From the NCBI GenBank assembly GCA_037439545.1, contig JBBIVV010000005.1:6504-70503 (forward strand): a stretch of DNA of 64,000 bases, written 5' to 3'. Both the position numbers and the translations under genes were made by a program. Positions 28,567 to 38,958 of the stretch are shown here, piece after piece. Within the stretch, counting starts at the first letter, position 1. Every line of letters begins with the position of its first letter. Source of the stretch: a bacterium (GTDB lineage: Bacteria > JAMCPX01). Under the pieces are notes generated by a model that worked only from the letters and a program-made list of their open reading frames with translations, was not told the origin of the DNA and searched no databases.

Positions 28567-30117
28567 ATGCACAGATGCAGTAAAAGAACATTGTTTCTCG
28601 TTTTTATCGTGATAACACTTCCGATCCTGTTTGCCTCATGCTCCGGTGAAAAAAAATCTTCTTCACTGCAGCCGCCGACTACCAAAACGCTCAGCTGGAT
28701 AAAGGAAAATAACGGTGTGCCGGTGGATCAGTACGGGAGGCAGATTCTGCTCCATGGCGTCAATGCAAAATTCGAAGACCTTTTTGACGTGACATTCAGC
28801 GACGGACGCACACGGAATGAAGACCTCGCGAGCTTTACCGATGCCCAGATTCAGCAAATGGCTTATCTGGGATTTAATTTTATCCGTCTTGCAATTAACT
28901 GGAGCGGGCTTGAGCCTACAGAGGGCACCTTTAATTATTCCAATCTCAAACTTCTGGACAGCGTTTTGCAGAGTGCACAAAACGCCGGCATCTATGTGCT
29001 TATAGACTATCACGAAGACGCCTATTCAAAAGAGATCGGAGAGGACGGGGCCCCTCTATGGGCAATCATACCGACACCGACTGCGGCAGAACTTCTCAGC
29101 GGACCGATTGCGTATGGACCATCGCTTTCCTGTCCTTGCTATGATCTTAATCTGAGACGCACCTCTGCACTGGTCCTCAATGCATTTAATTCCTTCTGGG
29201 AAAACGCCGATAATATTCAGAACCGTTTTATGCCGGTATGGCAGCTCGTTGCATCGAGGTACGCAAACAATCCTGCGGTCATCGGTTATGAAGATATGAA
29301 CGAGCCTGTTGCAATACAGACACCCAATGGGTCCCAATTGCTTGACAATTTTCATGTAAATGCTTCAAAGGCTCTCCGCAAGGTCGATACCAATCATCTG
29401 TTCTGGCTTGAACCCGAGGTGACAACCCGTAATTTTTCACTGAAGGCACCGCTGCGTTCTGCTCCTTTCCCGGATAAGAACATCGTTTATGCATTTCATC
29501 TCTACCCGGGACTGGCAGGGGTTAATTTTTCAACCTATGCGGATTGGTACAACGGATTGACCGCAACATTTAATTCGGGCATTGCAGAAGCTCAATCCTA
29601 CGGTGCTGTGCCGGTACTTAACGAATGGGGCACCAACCTTCACCAGGCGGATCAAATACCCTATATAGAGGCTCTTCTGGAACTTGCAGATGAAAGGTTC
29701 ATGGGCAATGCATTCTGGAGCTGGACGGACTTCGGAGATAGTGCCGTGGATTCATGGGGATGCTATTCGTGGGATTACTCGATAAACGGATTTACGGCAT
29801 CGGAACCAGGCCTCGATGCGCTTTCAAAACCATATATGCTTGCAGTACCCGGACGGTTTGTCAGCAATGTTTTTGATCATACTGCCGATACACTGACCGT
29901 TACGTTCAAGGCAAACGGCGGTGAAGGTGCTCCGCTTGTCTATATACCGCAGCAGACTTATACAAACGGGTTTATCGTACTGCTCGATAATAACCCTGTA
30001 GATGTTACCATTGATCCGTATACGCAGCGCGTATTGATACCATGGCATGGACAGGCCGGGCAACATACAGTAACCGTCGAGCCGAAACCTGCACAGGTAC
30101 CGGTGTTAAACAATTGA
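28567..30117 (+). CDS. glycoside hydrolase family 5 lipoprotein
   Basis: Lipobox signal peptide (ILFASC), a GH5 acid/base motif (YEDMNEP), a nucleophile region (VLNEWGT) and a C-terminal beta-sandwich. The start is placed at the ATG (MHRCSKR) after GGAGG. The track start is 28534. Confidence 0.75.
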   Translation: MHRCSKRTLFLVFIVITLPILFASCSGEKKSSSLQPPTTKTLSWIKENNGVPVDQYGRQILLHGVNAKFEDLFDVTFSDGRTRNEDLASFTDAQIQQMAYLGFNFIRLAINWSGLEPTEGTFNYSNLKLLDSVLQSAQNAGIYVLIDYHEDAYSKEIGEDGAPLWAIIPTPTAAELLSGPIAYGPSLSCPCYDLNLRRTSALVLNAFNSFWENADNIQNRFMPVWQLVASRYANNPAVIGYEDMNEPVAIQTPNGSQLLDNFHVNASKALRKVDTNHLFWLEPEVTTRNFSLKAPLRSAPFPDKNIVYAFHLYPGLAGVNFSTYADWYNGLTATFNSGIAEAQSYGAVPVLNEWGTNLHQADQIPYIEALLELADERFMGNAFWSWTDFGDSAVDSWGCYSWDYSINGFTASEPGLDALSKPYMLAVPGRFVSNVFDHTADTLTVTFKANGGEGAPLVYIPQQTYTNGFIVLLDNNPVDVTIDPYTQRVLIPWHGQAGQHTVTVEPKPAQVPVLNN

Positions 30118-30246
30118 AAATATAGCAGGAATGATGCAGACTTATAAAACACGATGCTCCCAAATCCTAAATTCTAAACAATGTTAAAGCCGACAATGTT
30201 CAGGATTTAGATATCGGGATTTCGGATTTATGAAACAGGAGGTATT

Positions 30247-31170
30247 ATGGGCCTTGTAAACCTGAACAGTGTTCTGAAAAAAGCGAAAGAGCAGGGCTAT
30301 GCTGTCGGTGCATTCAATTTCGTCAATATGGAGATGCTTCAGGGCATTATAGATGCGGCTATCGAAATGCACTCGCCTGTGATAATCCAGACAACGGAAG
30401 GCGCCCTTGAATATGCGGGTATCGGGTATCTTGCAGCTATAGCCAAAATGGCGGCAGAAACAGCTTCTGTAGATATCGTGCTTCATCTCGATCACGGCAA
30501 GCACCTTGAGACAGTAATGCTCGCAATCAGGCACGGCTACACATCCGTTATGATGGATGCATCGGACAAAACGTACGGTGAGAACCTGACCATCACAAAA
30601 GAAGTGGTAAGGCTTGCCCATCCGGTCGGTGTATCCGTCGAAGCCGAGCTCGGCAAACTGAAAGGCATCGAAGATAATGTAAAAGTAGGCGATGCAGAGG
30701 CATCGCTTGTTGATCCCGAAGAGGCAAAGGCCTTTGCTGAAGCCACGGGTATCGATGCTCTTGCGCCTGCAATAGGCACATCACACGGTGCATTTAAATT
30801 CAAAGGAATTCCAAGGCTTGATCTGGAAAGACTCGAACGCGTTGCACACCTGACAGGTATACCCCTTGTGCTTCACGGTGCTTCCAGTGTGCCTTCCGGT
30901 ATAATAGAAAAAGCGAACAAGTACGGTGCAAATATCAAAGGTGCTGCAGGTGTACCGGACGATATTTTGAAACAGGCAATAAAAAGGGGTATATGCAAGG
31001 TGAATACCGATACAGACCTGAGGCTTTCTTTTACCGCGGGCATACGGGAAATCTTTGTCACAAAACCCGAGGTGTTTGATATCAGGGACATACTTGGACC
31101 TGCGCGGCAGGCGGTAAAATCGATGGTCTTAAGCAGAATAGGGGTGTTCGGATCAGAAGGCAAAGGATAA
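30247..31170 (+). CDS. fba: class II fructose-bisphosphate aldolase family protein
   Basis: GAFNFVNMEMLQGIIDAA...HLDHG and a strong RBS (CAGGAGG). 307 aa. Confidence 0.85.
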   Translation: MGLVNLNSVLKKAKEQGYAVGAFNFVNMEMLQGIIDAAIEMHSPVIIQTTEGALEYAGIGYLAAIAKMAAETASVDIVLHLDHGKHLETVMLAIRHGYTSVMMDASDKTYGENLTITKEVVRLAHPVGVSVEAELGKLKGIEDNVKVGDAEASLVDPEEAKAFAEATGIDALAPAIGTSHGAFKFKGIPRLDLERLERVAHLTGIPLVLHGASSVPSGIIEKANKYGANIKGAAGVPDDILKQAIKRGICKVNTDTDLRLSFTAGIREIFVTKPEVFDIRDILGPARQAVKSMVLSRIGVFGSEGKG

Positions 31171-31206
31171 GCATTAAAATCCTGTGAGCACATTCGCTCA
31201 ACCCTG

Positions 31207-33591
31207 TTATAGTATCGTTATTACAACCATCCCCATCATTAAACCTATAGTAACGGCAGATACGATCAGCCCGAGACGAAACATGCCGGGGTTATAGATA
31301 ACCGTGACCGTGTAATTGCCGGCAGGCAGTTTTATGCCTTGAAACAGATAATTTACATGGTACATCTGTACCTCTTTGCCGTCTATGTAAGCGTGCCAGC
31401 CGGGATAATACGGTTCGTTTATCACCAGAAAACCATGTGTGCCTGCCTCCACCTTTACCTCATGCTCATCCGGTACGTCCTTTACTCCTGTCAACCTGAT
31501 TTTTGCGTTGTTCAAGCTGCCGGTCTCATCGATACCTGTCACCAAAGAGATATGTATAAGTTTTGGATCATGGGTGGATAAAAGAGCACGTGCCTCATCA
31601 TCGCTCATCACCGATTGAACACTATCCGCAAGATAGAAGAGCGGCTTTGCATCCGGATTTTCCCATAGGGAAAGGTCTTTATATGTGCCGAGCAGTTTGT
31701 AGTGTGCCGGATTCAGATAGGTAGACGAGGTAAATATAAGATATTTTATCCCGGCGATACTTGCAATGACATGATCAGGCGGTATACCGGGTCTCGATTG
31801 TAGACTACTGCCATTACTGCCAAGCAACGGCGTACTCCCGGGAAACAAAAGGAAAAGGAATTTCTGGTACAAGAGCGAGACGGTTATATCGTATCCGCCA
31901 AAAGCCCGTATGCCGTAATTCATATTGAGGTTCGGCGCAATGATGTCGTCACCTGCATAGAACGTATAATCGGATGTAGTGAGTTCCTTTAGTTTTTGTA
32001 TAAGAGGTGTCGTTGGTTTCAGATCATGTGCCGGTGGATCGGGATTGTAATTTATGCCGAAGGTAAAAAGGTCCGCAAGGGCAAGAAGGATAAGACTTAT
32101 AACTGCAATCTTCGGTTTTCTTTTGGCTTTTATCAGGAGAAAGACTGTCCCTGCTATAAAAAACAGCGCTATGGCGGACTCGACAATCAAAAGGGCTATT
32201 ACCCCTGGATTGTGGCCGAGCAACGGAAGTAATTTTGCATATCCGGCCCCTGCAAGCAGTAAGGCAATCAAATTCACGTGAATTATTGTTAAAAAAAGAT
32301 ACAGGATAATCAAAGATAAAAACACCACTGTTGTGCCGGCAATCGGCAGCCCCTTCGCATCACTGTCCTTAACCTCTGTAGTTAAAATATTCTGTACGCC
32401 GAAACCTGCGAGTACTGACAGGGAAAAATCCATCAATAAATAATACCATCCGCTCCCGGCAGCCAATAAGGGCAGTTTAAAAAGCCAGGAAAAAGGCGGA
32501 ACATTTTCAGTAAAACAGAGTGCTATGACCGCAGTTACGATAAAAGGTGCTGCAGTTTTTCCGATTTTTTTAACATGAAATAGTGCATACATTCCCATTA
32601 ATAATGGTGCCATGCCGATATACGCATACGCAAAAGTACCCCTGTTTATATAATGATCGAAAAGGTAGCTGTACGATGCATCCGTATTTATATACGGTGC
32701 AAACCACATCATCACCATAGAATACAGGGAAAGAAAAATACTTCTTTCCGGGGCAACTGTCCTGAACAGAAGCGGCTCGCTGTTCAACAATATCTGAACA
32801 AACGGAAATAATTGCACTGCGGCTATCAGGGTGCCGAGCATAATGCCTGATCCTGTATAAAAAATCCCTTTTATGAGGTGTTTCCCGGAGAGTGCAAGCT
32901 TTACAACGGCATAAAGTATCAATCCCAGGACACCCACTGCCGTTGTTTCTGCATGCCCGGCTAAAAAGGACATGCCTATGGCTGTCGAAATACCGGCCAC
33001 ATTCAGGAAATTTGATTTTGGCTGCTCGTCCATTGATCTGAAAAGCCGTTCAAAAAAATAAAATGACCACGGTATGAAGCTGCCTGCTGCTGTTGAGGTA
33101 AGGAGATGGCTATACATGATCATATATGCCGAAAATACCCATGTTATGCTTCCGAAAAGGCTTGCATACAGGCCAAGTCCGAGCAGATCGAGGAGCAGAT
33201 ACATACCTATACCCGTTATCAGAAGCTTGAGTAGAGCAATGATAAGGAAGCCTTTTTCAAAAGAAAACGGGAGGCTCATTAGATTATACAGTGATAGAAC
33301 ACCGCTTTGATCGTTTGCAAAGAACGGTGCACCGCCATAAATATAGGGATTCCAGAGAGGAAAACGGCGTTCATGCATTTGATCATAGTAATACGATCTG
33401 AAAGGTATAAACATCAGGACCCCGTCACCCTGGAGTACGTTGTGCGGTATGGTATTTTTATATTCGCTCCACGGCTTTGCAAGATAGATCATGTCGACAG
33501 GCGCGTAGATGGAGTTTGGTTTTAAAATGGACGGCAAAAAAAACAAAAAGATCAGAACAATAAGTATGGAAATGCCCTGTAACCGTTTCAT
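31207..33591 (-). CDS. YfhO-family GT-C-like polytopic membrane protein with C-terminal extracytoplasmic domain
   Basis: 794 aa. The YfhO-like N-terminal loop (PFRSYYYDQMHERRFPLWNPYIYGGAPFFANDQSG) is followed by about 14 TM segments, a roughly 250-aa soluble domain and a terminal TM segment. Confidence 0.65.
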   Translation of the reverse strand: MKRLQGISILIVLIFLFFLPSILKPNSIYAPVDMIYLAKPWSEYKNTIPHNVLQGDGVLMFIPFRSYYYDQMHERRFPLWNPYIYGGAPFFANDQSGVLSLYNLMSLPFSFEKGFLIIALLKLLITGIGMYLLLDLLGLGLYASLFGSITWVFSAYMIMYSHLLTSTAAGSFIPWSFYFFERLFRSMDEQPKSNFLNVAGISTAIGMSFLAGHAETTAVGVLGLILYAVVKLALSGKHLIKGIFYTGSGIMLGTLIAAVQLFPFVQILLNSEPLLFRTVAPERSIFLSLYSMVMMWFAPYINTDASYSYLFDHYINRGTFAYAYIGMAPLLMGMYALFHVKKIGKTAAPFIVTAVIALCFTENVPPFSWLFKLPLLAAGSGWYYLLMDFSLSVLAGFGVQNILTTEVKDSDAKGLPIAGTTVVFLSLIILYLFLTIIHVNLIALLLAGAGYAKLLPLLGHNPGVIALLIVESAIALFFIAGTVFLLIKAKRKPKIAVISLILLALADLFTFGINYNPDPPAHDLKPTTPLIQKLKELTTSDYTFYAGDDIIAPNLNMNYGIRAFGGYDITVSLLYQKFLFLLFPGSTPLLGSNGSSLQSRPGIPPDHVIASIAGIKYLIFTSSTYLNPAHYKLLGTYKDLSLWENPDAKPLFYLADSVQSVMSDDEARALLSTHDPKLIHISLVTGIDETGSLNNAKIRLTGVKDVPDEHEVKVEAGTHGFLVINEPYYPGWHAYIDGKEVQMYHVNYLFQGIKLPAGNYTVTVIYNPGMFRLGLIVSAVTIGLMMGMVVITIL

Positions 33592-33692
33592 GGTTTGCTT
33601 ATAACATGGTTGAAATAGAGATCAATAAGATAATAACAGCCGTGAATTACAGGCATGTAAATCGTGTACTGTTTCTTAAAAAATATGTTTCG

Positions 33693-34829
33693 CTATTTCA
33701 GCAATTCCTTTGCTATGATGAGTTTTTGTATCTCTGACGTGCCTGCACCGATCTCGAGCAGCTTGGCATCCCTGAAATATCTCTCGACGTTATACTCGCG
33801 TATATATCCATAACCGCCCATGATCTGGATTGCTTCACGCGCTGCCCTGTTCACCATGCCTGAGGCAAACAGCTTTGCAATGGATGCCTCCTTCGTGATC
33901 CTTTTTCCCTGAACCATAAGCTCGATCAGGTTATAGACATACTGACGTGCTACCTCAAGTTCAGAGGACATGACTGCGAGCTTTTCCTGTACAAGCTGAA
34001 ATTCCGATATATACCGGCCGAATTGCTTTCTTTGTTTCGTATATAAAAGCGCCTCATCGAGACACGCCTGTGCTATACCGATACTCGAGAGCGGCGTGTA
34101 TGCCCGTTCGACATCGAGGGATGAAAACATGTCCTTAAATCCGTTGCTTTCTTTGCCGAGCAGGTGATCTTTTGAAACTCTTACCTCTTCAAGTATAATC
34201 TCTCCTGTCGGCGAGCATCTGCCGCCGAGCTTTTTGAAAGGCTTGCCTGTTGATAAGCCCGGCATGCCCTTTTCAAGAATAAATGCACATCCACCTTCTG
34301 CTTTTGTCGAGCCGGGCTTTCTCGCTATGACGATAAAAAAATCCGCTATCGGAGCATTGGTTATAAATGTTTTTCTGCCGTTAATGATGTATCCGCCGCC
34401 GTCTTTTTTCCAGGTCGTTGTAATTGAGAGCGCATCTGAGCCGGCATCGGGTTCTGTCAGTGCCCAGCATCCGATCTTCTCGCCTTTTATAATGGGAGAA
34501 AGGTATTTCTGTTTCTGTTCGTCATTGCCATGCCTGGTAACATTGTTTGCAAACAGCAAGTCAGAGGCATTCAACGAGAGGTTGTATCCAAAAGATATCC
34601 TGCAGTTTTCCTCATAAATAACTGCCTTGGCATAGTAATCTGTCATGCCTCCGTACTGTTCCGGCAGGTGCGGTCCAACATAGCCGAGGACTGCGGCCTT
34701 CTTGAGCACATCGGTAGGAAAGGACTCTCTTTCATCATACTCGGATGCAACAGGCGCAAGCTCTTTAAGATTGAACTTCCGCACTTCATCACGTAATTTT
34801 ATGTATTCTTCTTTATCTGCAAAAAGCAT
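33693..34829 (-). CDS. acyl-CoA dehydrogenase
   Basis: 378 aa with ACAD motifs (GCWALTEPDAGSD, catalytic-base region IGAGTSEIQKLIIAKEL). Confidence 0.9.
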   Translation of the reverse strand: MLFADKEEYIKLRDEVRKFNLKELAPVASEYDERESFPTDVLKKAAVLGYVGPHLPEQYGGMTDYYAKAVIYEENCRISFGYNLSLNASDLLFANNVTRHGNDEQKQKYLSPIIKGEKIGCWALTEPDAGSDALSITTTWKKDGGGYIINGRKTFITNAPIADFFIVIARKPGSTKAEGGCAFILEKGMPGLSTGKPFKKLGGRCSPTGEIILEEVRVSKDHLLGKESNGFKDMFSSLDVERAYTPLSSIGIAQACLDEALLYTKQRKQFGRYISEFQLVQEKLAVMSSELEVARQYVYNLIELMVQGKRITKEASIAKLFASGMVNRAAREAIQIMGGYGYIREYNVERYFRDAKLLEIGAGTSEIQKLIIAKELLK

Positions 34830-34895
34830 TTCAGTGTTTTTTTACTGTTTTGACAGGGGCATAGTGTACTATGCCCCTGCATTAAAGACTATATT

Positions 34896-35339
34896 CTATT
34901 TACAATCGCCTATGCGTTTCCCTTGAAAATGATAGATCATGTGCATGGTGTTTTTTGCATTGCCCTCCGTATCCATGGTCATGCTGCCTTCATAGCTTGT
35001 TCCCTTATAGGTCATTTCCCCTGTGCTGGTCATATGTTGTTTGCCTGTACATACGGTTTTCCATGTAACATGATCTCCGCTCACCTTGTAATCCTGTATT
35101 TTGCAGTCTTTGTTTTCTTTTGCTTTCGGTGTTGTTTTGTCCGGATCCTGCAGGTCCTTCTTCGTGATACATTGCTTTTGAGTCATAGGCTTCATGGCAA
35201 ACGGCATCTGCATGCCCTTCATTTCCATGGACGTCGTTATCTCCCAGAGTCCGGCCTGCATGTTAGGTGAAGCTGCAAACACGGCCGATACAAGTAATAA
35301 TACTATGACCCCTGACCCGATTACGCTTTTTGTCTTCAT
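34896..35339 (-). CDS. DUF3617-family lipoprotein-like protein
   Basis: A signal peptide is followed by AGLWEITTSMEM and a Cys-containing beta domain. The start is placed at the internal ATG (MKTKSV). The track ORF extends to 35390. Confidence 0.5.
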   Translation of the reverse strand: MKTKSVIGSGVIVLLLVSAVFAASPNMQAGLWEITTSMEMKGMQMPFAMKPMTQKQCITKKDLQDPDKTTPKAKENKDCKIQDYKVSGDHVTWKTVCTGKQHMTSTGEMTYKGTSYEGSMTMDTEGNAKNTMHMIYHFQGKRIGDCK

Positions 35340-35416
35340 AAACTTTTCCTCCTTTGTACCGAGCATACATGAAAAAAGCAGGAAGAGCAAACCGTGAATT
35401 GTCTTGTATGAACATG

Positions 35417-36244
35417 TTATTGCGCTACAGAATAAAGCATTCCTTTCTTCACAATAAACCCCTCTTTCTCGAGCTGAACAAGAATATTTCCGATCTGGTC
35501 AGTGCCATGCATCAACATCCGGGTGAGCGCCGCTTTGCTTGCCGGACCTTCCATAAGTGACCTCAAAATCTTCCCTCTCATCTGCCTGTTCGACCCCTGA
35601 AAAGCGCCCTGTTTCCGATAATGCGCACTCCTCAGATTGAGCATTGGTAAGTGCCGTTTTAACAGGACACCATAATCCATAAGCGCATAATACCACTCTC
35701 TGGAATTGCGTCTGTCCAGTGTTTTTTCCACGACCGGCAGGATGTCCGTGTCTTTCACCTTGTATCTGTTATTGAAAAAGAAATGGAGAAAAACACACCG
35801 GATATTTGTTTCGACAAAAATGGCCGGTTTGTTGAACGCAAAAGCGCAAATGGAAGAGGCAGTCGCCCTGCCGATTCCCGGAAGTGTTTCAAGTTGATCC
35901 ACAGAATCGGGTAGGATGCCGTCGAAATCTCGTATTACCCTCGTTGCGATCCCTTTCAAGGAAATAGCACGGCGGTTATACCCCATTCCCTGCCATACAC
36001 TGAGTAGTTCTTTGAGAGAGGCTTTTTTGAGCGATGGGAAATCCGGGAAGGCCATGATAAACTCCGGATATTTTTTTATGACCCGCTCCACCTGTGTCTG
36101 CTGGAGCATTACCTCGGAAACCAGGATGTGATAGGGATTTTTTGTCCTCCGCCATGGCAGATCTCTGCCATGCTTTTTGTAGTACCGTAAGATAACAGTC
36201 CGGAACTTCCTTATTCCGGCAGGTGTCGGGTATTTCGTCATCAC
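35417..36244 (-). CDS. HhH-GPD base-excision glycosylase, MutY-like N-terminal domain, lacking the 4Fe-4S cysteine cluster, with C-terminal winged-helix-like domain
   Basis: MutY-type motifs (RDLPWRRTKNPYHILVSEVMLQQTQVERV, LPGIGRATASSI HhH-GPD). There is no Cx6Cx2Cx5C cluster. The C-terminal approx 70 aa (GKILRSLMEGPASKAALTRML...LEKEGFIVKKG) resemble a wHTH. Confidence 0.65.
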   Translation of the reverse strand: MMTKYPTPAGIRKFRTVILRYYKKHGRDLPWRRTKNPYHILVSEVMLQQTQVERVIKKYPEFIMAFPDFPSLKKASLKELLSVWQGMGYNRRAISLKGIATRVIRDFDGILPDSVDQLETLPGIGRATASSICAFAFNKPAIFVETNIRCVFLHFFFNNRYKVKDTDILPVVEKTLDRRNSREWYYALMDYGVLLKRHLPMLNLRSAHYRKQGAFQGSNRQMRGKILRSLMEGPASKAALTRMLMHGTDQIGNILVQLEKEGFIVKKGMLYSVAQ

Positions 36245-36382
36245 GGGTTCACCCTATGAAGAAAGGATATGGTTGTCAACCGCATCACCAAATTTATTTG
36301 CACAAGCGGATTTATTTTGCTATTGATAAAATAATCAACAATATTTGTCTCTGAGCTTTTATAGGAATAAAAGGAGAGTATT

Positions 36383-37519
36383 ATGACAGACGTGTTTTTA
36401 ACAGACGCACAGATAAAGCTTCGTGATCAAACACGGGATTACATGGCACAAGAAGTGATACCCCTTGCTAAAACGATCGACCATGATGACGTAATTCCTG
36501 AAACGCTGATAAAAAAGCTCCTCAGTCCGCCCCTGAGATTGACCGCACTGTCCGTGCCCAGGGCTTATAACGGTATGGGCTTGAGCACGCTTGAAGCATG
36601 CGTTGTTGCAGAGCAAGTCGGTTATGCCTGCCCGGCACTGATACCCCTTGTAGAGATTGCACAACTATTCGTGCACGGCCTGCTGTATGGTGGTAACGAA
36701 GAACAGAAAAAGCTCTATCTTACAAGGCTGGCACAAGGCATGGTCGGTTGTTATGCACTCACGGATGAAGGTCCCGGCTCTGACCCTGCAGGTATGAAAT
36801 CCACGGCAACGAAAACAGACAAGGGCTATCTGTTAAACGGGAAAAAAAGGCTCGTTACCTTTGCGGACATATCGGAATTCTATATCATTTTTGCTAAGAC
36901 CTCCCCGGATAAAGGGGGTAAAGGCATCAGCGGGTTTATTGTCGAAGGCAAACCTAAAGGGCTTGTGTTCGAAAGCCATGCCAAGACCATGGGGCTCAGG
37001 GGACACAGGGCTTTTAATGTCATGCTTGATGATATGTTCGTGCCCGAACAAAACCTGCTCGGTAAAGCTGATGAAGGGTTGAAGCTCGCACTCGAGATCC
37101 TGAATACGACGAGGATAAGCCTTGCTGCGGGCTTTACAGGACTGGCATCTGCTGCTTTTGATACGGCGGTAAAATTCGCCAAACAGAGGATTGTCGCGGG
37201 CAAGCCCATAATCGAGAACCAGGCAATAGCATTTCCCCTTACCGAGCTCGCGGCAAGGATAGATGCGTCGAGACTGCTTACCTATCGTGTTGCCCTTATG
37301 CATGACAAGGGCATCCGCCATAAAAAAGAAACATCCATGGCAAAGTTCTATTCAGCCGAGACCCTTGTCCATGCAGTCGAGCTTGCAAGCAGGGTCCTCG
37401 GTGCGTATGGTGCTTCACCGGAATACCCGGTTGAAAGATATTTAAGGGACGCATTTTCATGGATAGCTGCTCAGGGAACGATAGAGGTGCAGAAGCTCGT
37501 CGTTTCAAGGGAGCTGTGA
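36383..37519 (+). CDS. acyl-CoA dehydrogenase
   Basis: 378 aa with ACAD motifs (GCYALTDEGPGSDPAG) and a strong RBS (AAAAGGAGAG). Confidence 0.9.
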   Translation: MTDVFLTDAQIKLRDQTRDYMAQEVIPLAKTIDHDDVIPETLIKKLLSPPLRLTALSVPRAYNGMGLSTLEACVVAEQVGYACPALIPLVEIAQLFVHGLLYGGNEEQKKLYLTRLAQGMVGCYALTDEGPGSDPAGMKSTATKTDKGYLLNGKKRLVTFADISEFYIIFAKTSPDKGGKGISGFIVEGKPKGLVFESHAKTMGLRGHRAFNVMLDDMFVPEQNLLGKADEGLKLALEILNTTRISLAAGFTGLASAAFDTAVKFAKQRIVAGKPIIENQAIAFPLTELAARIDASRLLTYRVALMHDKGIRHKKETSMAKFYSAETLVHAVELASRVLGAYGASPEYPVERYLRDAFSWIAAQGTIEVQKLVVSREL

Positions 37520-38718
37520 TGAGAAGAGTGGGCATTATCGGCATTGGGACAACGCAGTTCCGGTCACGCTGGGTAGAGAAAACTTACTTTGAGCTTGCAT
37601 TCGATGCGGTAAAGATGGCACTGGACGATGCGGGCATAACAAAGGACAGGATAGACTGTGTCGTATACGGTATTTATAATGATTTTTTTGAAAGGCAGTT
37701 CCAACCCGACCTGTTTGTGCATGACTATCTCGGCATGGCTCCAAAGCCCGCGATAAGGGTTTCCACAGGCGGGGCAACGGGCGGCAGTGCGATAAGCGCC
37801 GGCTTTGCACAAATCGCTTCAGGGCTTTATGATGTGTGTCTTGTCGTGGGCGTTGAAAAGTCTGCGGACTGTTTTGATTATGAAACTGGTAAATCAAGCC
37901 CCGAGGTCCTGAAGGCAATCTCCTATACAGCGGACATGACCTATGAACAGCCCACGGGCAGAACTGCCGCAGGATCATTTGCCCTGACGACCATTGCGCA
38001 TCTTGAAAAGTACGGGAACCCCACGGAGCTCCAGATGGCAAAGGTTTCTGTAAAAAACCACAACAACGCACTGCTCAATCCTGTTGCCCAGAGCCCGATA
38101 GCACTGACGGTCGATGATGTTATGAAATCACCCATGATAGCATACCCGTTCAAACGCTATGACAACTGCCTTTACTCAGAGGGATCTGCAGTGCTGATCC
38201 TGGCATCCGAGGATGCAGCAAGGACATTCAGAAAATCTCCTGTATGGATAAAGGGCATGGGTGCTGCCCTGGATTGTGCAATCATAGGCAACAGAAAAGA
38301 CCTGTACAGCTTTGAATCGAGCAGAATAGCCGCAAAAAAGGCGTACACTATGGCAGGCATAAAAAATCCCATGGAAGAGATAGACCTGGCTGAACTGCAC
38401 GATGCATTTACCGGTACCGAACTCATCGCTTATGAGGATTGTCTCTTTTGCGACGAGGGCCAAGGAGGCAGGCTTATCGATGAAGGCATGGTCGTACGGG
38501 ACGGAAAGCTGCCGGTAAACGTAAGCGGCGGGTTGATAGGATGCGGTCATGCAGTCGGTGCAACAGGGATCATGCAGACAAACGAGATTGTCCTCCATTT
38601 GAGGGATGAAGCGGGTAAGCGCCAGATCAAAAACGCTCGGACCGGGCTTGTGCAGAGTATCGGAGGTCCCGGCGCCGCATGGACGGTCTGTCTGGTGCTG
38701 GAGAGGGATGCTGTTTGA
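37519..38718 (+). CDS. thiolase-like protein (SCP-x/archaeal-type thiolase, DUF35 partner)
   Basis: Thiolase N- and C-terminal halves, including a C-terminal GGLIGCGHAVGATG block. The ATG overlaps the acyl-CoA dehydrogenase stop (ATGA). The track ORF begins 60 nt earlier. Confidence 0.85.
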   Translation: MRRVGIIGIGTTQFRSRWVEKTYFELAFDAVKMALDDAGITKDRIDCVVYGIYNDFFERQFQPDLFVHDYLGMAPKPAIRVSTGGATGGSAISAGFAQIASGLYDVCLVVGVEKSADCFDYETGKSSPEVLKAISYTADMTYEQPTGRTAAGSFALTTIAHLEKYGNPTELQMAKVSVKNHNNALLNPVAQSPIALTVDDVMKSPMIAYPFKRYDNCLYSEGSAVLILASEDAARTFRKSPVWIKGMGAALDCAIIGNRKDLYSFESSRIAAKKAYTMAGIKNPMEEIDLAELHDAFTGTELIAYEDCLFCDEGQGGRLIDEGMVVRDGKLPVNVSGGLIGCGHAVGATGIMQTNEIVLHLRDEAGKRQIKNARTGLVQSIGGPGAAWTVCLVLERDAV

Positions 38719-38745
38719 TCGGACGCGAACCAAAGAGGAGATAAT

Positions 38746-38937
38746 TTGATCCGAAACGAAGTAAAACACTTACGAACTGCCTGGAATTCTTCCATGGTAC
38801 TCTGCGTGGGCTGCTTCTCTATCGGCGTCAAAGATAAAAGCAATTGCATTTCTGATCAAACAATACCGTTTATCGAAAAGAGCTTAGTTTTGCGAGTTAA
38901 GGGGAAAATTATCTCCTCTCTGCAGGATTTAACTTAA
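38746..38937 (+). CDS. hypothetical small Cys-containing protein (63 aa)
   Basis: TTG start 6 nt after a strong SD (AAGAGGAG). It fills the 240-bp gap between the thiolase and DUF35 genes. No homology was recognised. Confidence 0.25.
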   Translation: MIRNEVKHLRTAWNSSMVLCVGCFSIGVKDKSNCISDQTIPFIEKSLVLRVKGKIISSLQDLT

Positions 38938-38958
38938 AAATCCTTATTAAGGAGCCGT

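Noticed and set aside
30130-30235. Direct repeat ACAATGTT x2 and imperfect AAATCCTAAAT / GGATTTAGAT inverted repeat upstream of fba
   Set aside because: The matches are short and imperfect (6 of 8) and could arise by chance in AT-rich intergenic DNA.
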